From an uncultured Agrobacterium sp. (lineage in GTDB: Bacteria > Pseudomonadota > Alphaproteobacteria > Rhizobiales > Rhizobiaceae), in the NCBI RefSeq assembly GCF_913777615.1, contig NZ_CAJYTK010000018.1: a DNA stretch of 64,000 nt, one strand, 5' to 3'. Positions 8,786 through 16,271 of this stretch are shown here, one piece after another (within the stretch, counting starts at the first letter, position 1; each line of letters starts with the position of its first letter). A program made the position numbers and the translations under genes. The notes under the pieces were generated by a model. That model was not told the origin of the DNA and ran no database searches. It saw only the letters and a list, made by a program, of their open reading frames with translations.

Positions 8786-11317
8786 ATGAAATTTCCGACC
8801 GCCACCTATCGCCTGCAGTTCCGCAACGGTATGACTTTCGACAGGGCACGCGACCTCGTTCCTTACCTCAAGCAACTCGGGATCAGTCATCTTTACGCGT
8901 CGCCGATTTTTACCGCGACGTCTCAGTCCACGCATGGCTATGACGTCACCGACGCAAACGAAATCGATCCCGCGATTGGCGGTCGTGCGGGATTCGAGCG
9001 CATGGTAGCGGCACTGAAAGAGGCCGGGCTTGGCCTCATTCTGGATATCGTGCCCAACCATATGGCCGCGTCGCTCGAAACGCCCTGGTGGAAGGACGTC
9101 ATCGAGCATGGCAAGGAAAGCCGTTACGCACACCATTTCGATATCGACTGGTCCAGACGTTTAACGTTGCCTGTTCTCGGCGACGACTTCGAGGCGGTGC
9201 TCGAGGCAGGCGATCTCGCCATCAAGCCCGATCCTGAGACAGGCAAGCCCGCCTTTGCATATTTCGATGCCTTCTATCCGCTGAACCCCTCGACATATGA
9301 CGGGCGCGGTACGGAGATTTTGGAAACGTCGGATAAGGCTGCGCTGGCGCAACTGCATGACCAACAGCCCTACCGACTGATGTCGTGGCGCGATGCCGCG
9401 CACGACCTGTCATATCGACGCTTTTTCGAGGTGACGGGACTTGCTGGCGTTCGGGTCGAAGACGAGGCCATCTTCGAAGACAGTCATCGTTTGATTCTGG
9501 AATTGGTGCGTGACGGGGCATTACAAGGCCTTCGCATCGACCACATCGACGGTCTGGCAGACCCTAAAGGTTATCTCGACAGGTTACATCGGGCTGCCGG
9601 ACAGGACTGTTATATCGTGGTGGAAAAGATCCTGGGCGCAAGCGAGCAGCTTCCTGCCGATTGGCCGGTGTCCGGCACGACCGGCTACGAGTTCATCGCC
9701 GCCCTCAGCAATGCCTTGGTCGATGGACAGAAAATTGAAGCCCTGCAATCTGCCTATCAAGACCTTATGGAAGAACATCCCGACGCGAAGGCGCAGCTGC
9801 GCGCGGCAAAGCTCTTGATGACCGGCAGAAATTTCGAGGGTGAGGTGTCGGTGCTCGTAGGCTTGGCAGCCAAAATCGCCGAGGACGCCGGATGCCCACT
9901 ACCTGAAAGCGACCTGAAGGCTGCACTCAGCGAAATCCTGATCGCCTTCCCAGTCTACCGCACTTACGGAACTCCCGAGGGTATGCGCGCGGATGACAAG
10001 GCCCTTCTGGACCATGTCATCGAAACTATCACGGGCTCTGATCACACAGTGTCAACCGAGGCGCTTGCCTTGATTACCGGCATCCTCAAAGGCGATGTTC
10101 CCAATTCTTCGATGCAGGGCTCGGTCACTTTCCGCACCAAGTTCCAGCAGTTGACCGGGCCGATCATGGCAAAGTCGGTCGAGGATACACTGTTTTTCCG
10201 CAACAACATGCTGCTCGGGTTGAACGAGGTGGGCGCCGAACCGATACGACCGGATTTTTCCCTCGATCACTTTCATCGGGAGATGCAGGTGCGCAAAGAG
10301 CGCCAGCCGTTGGGTATTTCCGGGACGTCCACGCACGACACGAAACGCGGGGAAGATGCCAGAGCGCGCCTCTATGCCATTTCGGAGGCTCCTCACATCT
10401 GGAGTGAAGCTGTCGCAGACTGGCGCGCAATCAATTCCAAAGCCGTTCGCGAACTTCCGGACGGTCCGGCCCCGGAGCCGGAAGTGGAATGGATGATCTA
10501 CCAGGCACTCGCCGGCGTGCTCTCGCCGAATTTCAACACACAGGACGAAAAGGCGGTCGAGGAACTGAAAAAGCGCTTCCTGACCTATCTTGAAAAGGCG
10601 CTGCGCGAAGCCAAACTGAGGACCGATTGGGGGGATTCCCGCGAGGAGTATGAGGAAGCGGTTCTTGGCTACGCATCGCACCTCTTCTCTTCCGACAACA
10701 AAGATTTCCTTGGATACTTCAAGAAGACGATCAAACCGTTCCTGGAGGCCGGGCTTGCCAACAGCCTTGCCCAGACGATCATCAAACTTATGGCGCCTGG
10801 CATCCCGGATATCTATCAGGGAAGCGAGGGGTTCGATTTCAGTCTGGTCGATCCGGACAATCGGCGCGAGCCGGATTATGAAACCCTGTCGAAACGACTG
10901 GCAACAGCCCAAAAGCCGGACGCAGACGATATCTCTGTCTGGCACGATGGTTCGCTCAAGCAGTATGTCACAGCCACATTGCTGGACCTTCGTCAATCGA
11001 CGCCCGATCTCTTCAATGAAGGTGACTATCTGCCAGTAAAGCCACAAGGTTCATCGGCAGCGCATGTGATCGCCTTTGCGCGGATGCATGCCGATGAGGC
11101 GGTCCTTGTCGTCCTTGCGCGCTTCACGCTTGACCGTGACGGCGTCCAAGTTCTCCCACCAAGGCTGGCCGAAGTGACGCTTGAGATGCCGAACGGGCTG
11201 CGAGACAGACGCCTCCATGATGTTTGGACGGGCGAGGAAATTGAAACGAGTGACGTTCTAGACCTAGCCGGCGCGGATAAGGCTTACCCATTTCTCGTCC
11301 TGAAGACGCTCCGGTAA
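8786..11317 (+). CDS. treY: Malto-oligosyltrehalose synthase (GH13)
   Basis: PTATYRLQF, GSTHGY-like QSTHGYDVTD, DIVPNHM, YRRFF, GLRIDHIDGL, TSTHDTKRGED, PGIPDIYQG. Confidence 0.95.
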   Translation: MKFPTATYRLQFRNGMTFDRARDLVPYLKQLGISHLYASPIFTATSQSTHGYDVTDANEIDPAIGGRAGFERMVAALKEAGLGLILDIVPNHMAASLETPWWKDVIEHGKESRYAHHFDIDWSRRLTLPVLGDDFEAVLEAGDLAIKPDPETGKPAFAYFDAFYPLNPSTYDGRGTEILETSDKAALAQLHDQQPYRLMSWRDAAHDLSYRRFFEVTGLAGVRVEDEAIFEDSHRLILELVRDGALQGLRIDHIDGLADPKGYLDRLHRAAGQDCYIVVEKILGASEQLPADWPVSGTTGYEFIAALSNALVDGQKIEALQSAYQDLMEEHPDAKAQLRAAKLLMTGRNFEGEVSVLVGLAAKIAEDAGCPLPESDLKAALSEILIAFPVYRTYGTPEGMRADDKALLDHVIETITGSDHTVSTEALALITGILKGDVPNSSMQGSVTFRTKFQQLTGPIMAKSVEDTLFFRNNMLLGLNEVGAEPIRPDFSLDHFHREMQVRKERQPLGISGTSTHDTKRGEDARARLYAISEAPHIWSEAVADWRAINSKAVRELPDGPAPEPEVEWMIYQALAGVLSPNFNTQDEKAVEELKKRFLTYLEKALREAKLRTDWGDSREEYEEAVLGYASHLFSSDNKDFLGYFKKTIKPFLEAGLANSLAQTIIKLMAPGIPDIYQGSEGFDFSLVDPDNRREPDYETLSKRLATAQKPDADDISVWHDGSLKQYVTATLLDLRQSTPDLFNEGDYLPVKPQGSSAAHVIAFARMHADEAVLVVLARFTLDRDGVQVLPPRLAEVTLEMPNGLRDRRLHDVWTGEEIETSDVLDLAGADKAYPFLVLKTLR

Positions 11318-11343
11318 ACCACGCCAACGTCCTGCTCATTTCA

Positions 11344-11371
11344 CGGCTCCGGCCCATTCGGGCCTGAGCCG
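11344..11371 (+). terminator. GC-rich hairpin after treY
   Basis: CGGCTC.GGCCC-ATTC-GGGCC.GAGCCG stem; no clear U tract. Confidence 0.45.
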
Positions 11372-11519
11372 CTCGCTCTCCAGTACCTCATTGCAGCAAA
11401 AACGACCGAAATTCTTATTTTGCTAAAATACTCAAAATCGGGGAATTCGACCTTGATCACAAACGGTTGAGCTCTCAGAAGGGATGGACGCGTGCAAACG
11501 CGTATGAGGAGATCCCCCA

Positions 11520-12719
11520 ATGGCCAGAGTGACCAGTCCCGGCTTCACCCCCGAAGTCACCACATTTTCCATCATCGCAGCTGCAAGTTTCTGCCATATG
11601 CTGAACGACATCATGCAGTCGCTGCTGACCTCGCTTTATCCGCTCCTGAAAGCCAATTACGCGCTCGACTTCGGACAGATCGGGCTCCTGACATTCGCCT
11701 TCCAGGTGACGGCGTCGCTATTGCAACCGGCTGTCGGCGTTGCGACCGATAAGTGGCCCATGCCGTTTTCGCTTCCCGCAGCGATGCTCTCTACCTGTAC
11801 CGGCCTGATCACGCTCGCCTATGCCCATAGTTTCCCCATACTGGTCCTCGGCGCCTGCCTCATCGGCGTAGGATCGGCGATCTTTCATCCCGAAGCATCC
11901 CGCGTCGCGCGGGTGGCGTCCGGCGGACGCCATGGTCTGGCGCAGTCTTTCTTCCAGGTGGGCGGGAATACAGGTACGGCAATCGGACCGCTGCTGGCAG
12001 CTTTCATCGTCATCCCGAGAGGACAAGAGGTTCTCAGTTGGTTCTCGATTATCGCCTTGACCGGCTTCGTCATCCTCTCATGGGTCAGCGTCTGGTATAG
12101 TCGTCACAGGCGAAGTGCGGCCGGCAAACGCCCGGTCAGCCGTGAATTGCCCCTACCGCGAAACAAGGTGCTGATGACACTTGCCGTGCTTGTTGTTTTG
12201 ACCGCGACAAAGAACGCGTATCTCGCCAGTATTTCGAGCTACTTCACCTTCTTCACCATCGAAAAGTTCGGCCTGACGGTGCAGAATGCGCAAATTCTGC
12301 TTTTCCTTTTCCTCGGCGCTTCTGCGGCAGGCGTCTTCTTCGGTGGGCCGATCGGAGATCGCTTCGGCTCGCGTGTCGTGATCTGGTTCTCGATCCTCGG
12401 CGTCATCCCGTTCGCGCTTATCCTGCCCTATGCCAACCTTTTCTGGACGGCGGTTCTGGTGGTCGTGATCGGCTTCATCTTCTCGTCCGCCTTCTCCGCC
12501 ATCGTGGTGTTTGCGCAGGAATTGGTGCCAGGGCGTGTCGGACTGATCGCCGGCATGTTTTTCGGCTTCGCTTTCGGTTTTGGTGGCATCGGTGCGGCGG
12601 TTCTCGGCGTGTTTGCCGATCGTCAGGGCATCGAGTTTGTCTACCACGTCTGCTCGTACCTGCCGCTGTTGGGCCTGCTGACGGTCCTCTTGCCGAAACT
12701 GCCTGGCCGCCGCATCTGA
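11520..12719 (+). CDS. fsr: MFS transporter, fosmidomycin-resistance (Fsr) family
   Basis: CHMLNDIMQSLL, ASLLQPAVG, IFHPEASRVAR, GLAQSFFQVGGN, GGPIGDRFG; 12 hydrophobic segments. Confidence 0.88.
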   Translation: MARVTSPGFTPEVTTFSIIAAASFCHMLNDIMQSLLTSLYPLLKANYALDFGQIGLLTFAFQVTASLLQPAVGVATDKWPMPFSLPAAMLSTCTGLITLAYAHSFPILVLGACLIGVGSAIFHPEASRVARVASGGRHGLAQSFFQVGGNTGTAIGPLLAAFIVIPRGQEVLSWFSIIALTGFVILSWVSVWYSRHRRSAAGKRPVSRELPLPRNKVLMTLAVLVVLTATKNAYLASISSYFTFFTIEKFGLTVQNAQILLFLFLGASAAGVFFGGPIGDRFGSRVVIWFSILGVIPFALILPYANLFWTAVLVVVIGFIFSSAFSAIVVFAQELVPGRVGLIAGMFFGFAFGFGGIGAAVLGVFADRQGIEFVYHVCSYLPLLGLLTVLLPKLPGRRI

Positions 12720-12745
12720 AAGAAAGACGCGTCCGATCATCCAAG

Positions 12746-12775
12746 AGGGGAAGGCGGAAGCTTTCCCCTTTTCTT
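12746..12775 (+). terminator. Intrinsic terminator after fsr
   Basis: AGGGGAAGGC-GGAA-GCTTTCCCCT stem followed by TTTCTT. Confidence 0.7.
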
Positions 12776-12992
12776 CTTCCCGATGCTTGTAACCATCAAG
12801 CAGCGCGGTTTCACAATAAAACCAAATCGCTATCTCGAGTTTCATGCGTATGCCGGCGTAAAACTCGCGCGATTTCATGGTTAATATTGTGTTGAAGACC
12901 TGTTTTTGTTTGTTTGCCTCCTTGCCGTTCCCTTGTCAGTGCAGGATTTGCCTGCAATGAAGCTGTAGGGGCCTGACTATGCGGGGACATGG

Positions 12993-13787
12993 ATGACGAC
13001 AATCACGGAAGCGAATATCAGGCTCGGCATGATTCTGGCTGACGCTGAAGCACGGCAGTCGTCCGTCAGCTCCGAGAGGCTGGAGAGCAGAGACCTCTTG
13101 CCATCGAACACTGACGCCGCCATGGCGGTCCAGGCACTCGCAGTCGGGACGATCGGCAAGGAGGTTGCCGGCTGGAAGCTTGGCTCCAACAACAGCCGTC
13201 CGGTCGCCGCTCCCCTGCTCGATCTTTATGACGAGGTCAAGGACAGCATGCTCGCCATGCCGAAGCCTGGCGCGCTGGGCGTGGAAATCGAAATCTGCTT
13301 CGTTCTGGCCGATGATCTGCCTGCTCTGCCAATCGGCAAAACCTACACGCGCGAAACGATCCTGAAAGCTGTGTCTTCCGTCCATATTGGCGCAGAGCTT
13401 GTCAGCTATCGCCTGACTGAAGAAAACAGGGTGCCGTTCCCCCTGTTTCTGGCCGACCGGCTCGGGAACCATTCCTTCGTCATGGGACCGCCGATCGATT
13501 CATCCCTGGTAGACGCTTTTGCCAGACAGGATTTGGGATTGCCGCCACTGATCGTTGAAACGGAGGAGGATGTCCTTTTCGCCGCCGTGCCAACTCATCC
13601 GCAGACCGATCCGCTGGCACCTCTTGTCGCTTACGCCAATGCGCCGAACGACCATCTGGGCGGTCTCAAGCGCGGCCAGGTCGTGACCACCGGCAGTCTC
13701 TGCGGCATGATCCGTCTGGGAGGCGCCACGCAGGTGAAAGCCAGATGGGACACGATCGCGAAAATGGAAATTCAGCTCACCCCATGA
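12993..13787 (+). CDS. 2-keto-4-pentenoate hydratase-like protein (FAH superfamily)
   Basis: GWKLG, VEIEICF (ExE), LKRGQVVTTGS resemble MhpD/HpcG-type hydratases. Confidence 0.7.
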   Translation: MTTITEANIRLGMILADAEARQSSVSSERLESRDLLPSNTDAAMAVQALAVGTIGKEVAGWKLGSNNSRPVAAPLLDLYDEVKDSMLAMPKPGALGVEIEICFVLADDLPALPIGKTYTRETILKAVSSVHIGAELVSYRLTEENRVPFPLFLADRLGNHSFVMGPPIDSSLVDAFARQDLGLPPLIVETEEDVLFAAVPTHPQTDPLAPLVAYANAPNDHLGGLKRGQVVTTGSLCGMIRLGGATQVKARWDTIAKMEIQLTP

Positions 13788-13790
13788 TTG

Positions 13791-13813
13791 GCTGATCCCA
13801 TGGAGGGATCAGC
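13791..13813. terminator. Hairpin between convergent genes
   Basis: GCTGATCCC-ATGGA-GGGATCAGC, a perfect 9-bp stem just after the hydratase stop. Confidence 0.6.
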
Positions 13814-13837
13814 CTCGCTTTCGAAACAGGCTTGGTT

Positions 13838-13882
13838 TTGAAGCGTGTCGCGATCTTTCAGATTCGCTTCCTCACGCTTTAA
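13838..13882. repeat. Rhizobiaceae-type intergenic palindromic element (RIME-like)
   Basis: AAGCGTG-TCGCGATCTTTCAGATTCGCTTCCT-CACGCTT with inverted ends and an inner GCGA...TCGC stem. It resembles a dispersed element I recall from rhizobial intergenic regions; single copy in this window. Confidence 0.5.
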
Positions 13883-13966
13883 GTCCTCGTTTCGTCGCAT
13901 GTCGAGATCGTAAAACCGTACAACATTTTTGAGCGGGCCAAGCTTTAGCAGCCGTGCGTCTTGAGC

Positions 13967-14788
13967 CTACCACAGCTTCACGTGGCGGTTGACATCCTTG
14001 TAAAGAAGGTAGCGGAAACGTCCAGGCCCGCCAGCATAACACGCCTGAGGGCAAAATGCGCGCAGCCACATGAAATCGCCCGCCTCGACTTCGACCCAAT
14101 CCTTGTTGAGCCGGTAGACGGCCTTGCCTTCCAAAACGAAAAGACCATGCTCCATCACATGGGTTTCCATGAAGGGAATGATGGCGCCCGGTTCGAAGGT
14201 AACGATGTTGAGATGCATGTCGTAGCGGCCATCAGCCGGATCGATGAAACGTGTCGTTGCCCACTTACCCTCCGTATCGGGCATCGCTGACATCTCATGC
14301 TCATCCTCATGGGTGAAAATGGCAGGAGGCAATTCAAGGCCTTCGACCTTGTCAAACACCTTGCGCACCCAATGAAACTTTGCGGCGACCTCGCCCGTCG
14401 CCCGCAGCGACCACTTGCTTCCCGCGGGGATATAGGCAAACGAACCGGATCGCAGCTCGTGGTCTTCGCCTTGAAGCGTGATGGTCATTTCGCCCTCGAC
14501 CACGAAGATCGCAGCCTGTGCGCGTGCGTCTGGCTCAGGCCTCTCGCTGCCTCCGCCCGGCTGCACTTCCATGATATACTGCGCGAATGTCTCCGAAAAT
14601 CCGGTCATAGGACGCGAGATAATCCAGGCGCGCGTCTCGCTCCAGTGGGGCAGCACGCTGGTGACGATATCGGACATGACCCGTTTTGGAATGACCGCAT
14701 AGGCTTCAGTAAAGACCGCCTTGCTGGACAGCAGCTCGGTCTGCCCTGGCAGACCGCCAAAATCGGAGTAGTAACGCTTCTTGTCCAT
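13967..14788 (-). CDS. allE: (S)-ureidoglycine aminohydrolase (bicupin, AllE/YlbA family)
   Basis: FTEAYAVIPK, FAQYIMEV, ETHVMEHGLFVLEGKAVYRLN, WLRAFCPQACYAGG, YLLYKDVNRH; start moved to ATG 14788. Confidence 0.88.
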   Translation of the reverse strand: MDKKRYYSDFGGLPGQTELLSSKAVFTEAYAVIPKRVMSDIVTSVLPHWSETRAWIISRPMTGFSETFAQYIMEVQPGGGSERPEPDARAQAAIFVVEGEMTITLQGEDHELRSGSFAYIPAGSKWSLRATGEVAAKFHWVRKVFDKVEGLELPPAIFTHEDEHEMSAMPDTEGKWATTRFIDPADGRYDMHLNIVTFEPGAIIPFMETHVMEHGLFVLEGKAVYRLNKDWVEVEAGDFMWLRAFCPQACYAGGPGRFRYLLYKDVNRHVKLW

Positions 14789-14913
14789 TATGCACCCCAC
14801 ATCGGCAAATTGAAATCAGGCGAGAAGCTTTAAAACGTTTCGCGGATGGTGGGAATCCACCACGAGCGGAAAACATGGTGTCCCCACATCTTCCGCACCG
14901 AGGCAAGGACAGC

Positions 14914-15957
14914 TTATCGTTTCCTGATGATGCCATAAACGATGTTCCGGTTCTGACCGTAAAATACCTCGCTATCGCCTGCCGATGGGGAAACGCTGGC
15001 GTTGATGATCCTCCACATATCCGCGCTGTTGCGAAGGAGAAGCGCCCAGTTCATGAAGGACTCCATATAGCCGTCCACTGCGATCTCTTCTGCAAAGTTT
15101 GCAAAGAGGAAGGTGCCCCCGGGCTTTAACATATCGAGGCATCGTTTTGTCAGCTTGATGGCGACCTTCTCCGTCAAGTAGTCGTAGAGCCCTGCGGCGT
15201 AAACGAAGTCGAAGCATCCGAGGTCGTGCGAGCGCAACAGAATGTCCTTGACCGATCCGTCGACCGCTTCCACGCAGGAGCCTGCAAAGTCACGCGCAAT
15301 GGAACCGACGCTCAACGGGTCCTGATCGAGGGCGACCCAACGCTTGATCCGCTTTTCCGCTAGTGCCCTTGAGCCGTTCGCCTCCCGTAGATGGCCAGCA
15401 GCAATTGTCAGTATCTCCGTTTCAGGCGCATGTTTTTCCGCGACCTCATCCACATAGCGCGTGAGGATGTCACGCCGCTCCCTTACGGCAACGGAGGACG
15501 AGGCATTGCGTGTATAATCGTAAAGGGCAGCGCCAAGGGGAGATGCGCTGGCGATGTGGTCGGCCACACTTTCATGCCCGTAGATGAAATCGAGAAGTTG
15601 CGCGTCTCCTGAGTAGCCGCGAGGCTTATCGAAGGACCACCGGGTAAAGGGATCTTCCAGAAAGCAATCGGCGACGGGGTGCTTCTGGATGATGGGCAGA
15701 AGGCTTGACCACACTCTATAGTCGTAATTTCTGCGTAATTGATGAAGCCTATCTGCAACCGCGTGTATTATCGTGGCAGGAGCGGTTCCGCCAAGAAACT
15801 GTTGTTGTGCCAGGTTGAGAATAAGTGCCACTTCTGCTTCTGCAACGGAAAGATCCCGGAGCAAATGACTACTATTTTGCGTCAGCAATTCCTTATATAC
15901 TGCATCCGGCGTGACCAAGCTTTGTCCGTCCAACGACATGCCATTGTTGCGAGCCAC
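14914..15957 (-). CDS. Class I SAM-dependent methyltransferase, PhcB-like
   Basis: Motif I ILTIAAGHLRE, acidic motif ALDQD, FDFVYAAGLYDYL, LKPGGTFLFANF; N-terminal KPRGYSGD motif; GTG start 8 nt after AAGGGG. The methyltransferase call is strong, the PhcB relationship is from recall. Confidence 0.85.
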   Translation of the reverse strand: MARNNGMSLDGQSLVTPDAVYKELLTQNSSHLLRDLSVAEAEVALILNLAQQQFLGGTAPATIIHAVADRLHQLRRNYDYRVWSSLLPIIQKHPVADCFLEDPFTRWSFDKPRGYSGDAQLLDFIYGHESVADHIASASPLGAALYDYTRNASSSVAVRERRDILTRYVDEVAEKHAPETEILTIAAGHLREANGSRALAEKRIKRWVALDQDPLSVGSIARDFAGSCVEAVDGSVKDILLRSHDLGCFDFVYAAGLYDYLTEKVAIKLTKRCLDMLKPGGTFLFANFAEEIAVDGYMESFMNWALLLRNSADMWRIINASVSPSAGDSEVFYGQNRNIVYGIIRKR

Positions 15958-16062
15958 CAGCTATTCCCCTTCCAAACTATTGTTAAAACAGAATAATTTA
16001 TCAAAATGCCCGCTCGGCACGGATGATTGACGATCCAGGCAAGAGGAACTCGTTTCTAGGCC

Positions 16063-16070
16063 TTAACCAT
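16063..16070 (+). promoter_or_regulatory. TTAACCAT CtrA-type half site in AT-rich divergent promoter
   Basis: Exact TTAACCAT 8-mer in the methyltransferase / GGDEF-EAL intergenic region. Confidence 0.35.
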
Positions 16071-16271
16071 TAATGTATGACTAATGACTAAAATTAGATT
16101 GTTAGGATTCAAAGAAAGTTAATCGGAATGCGGGTAGGCTTATAAAGCTAGTACATCTCCTTCTCTGGCTGAGAATGGAGCGTAGCGCAGGTCGCGATGC
16201 TGATAGAGAATAGTATTATAGGGGCAAGAATGATCACTTGCCCAAAAACAATGCAACTTTTAGGAATGTGC

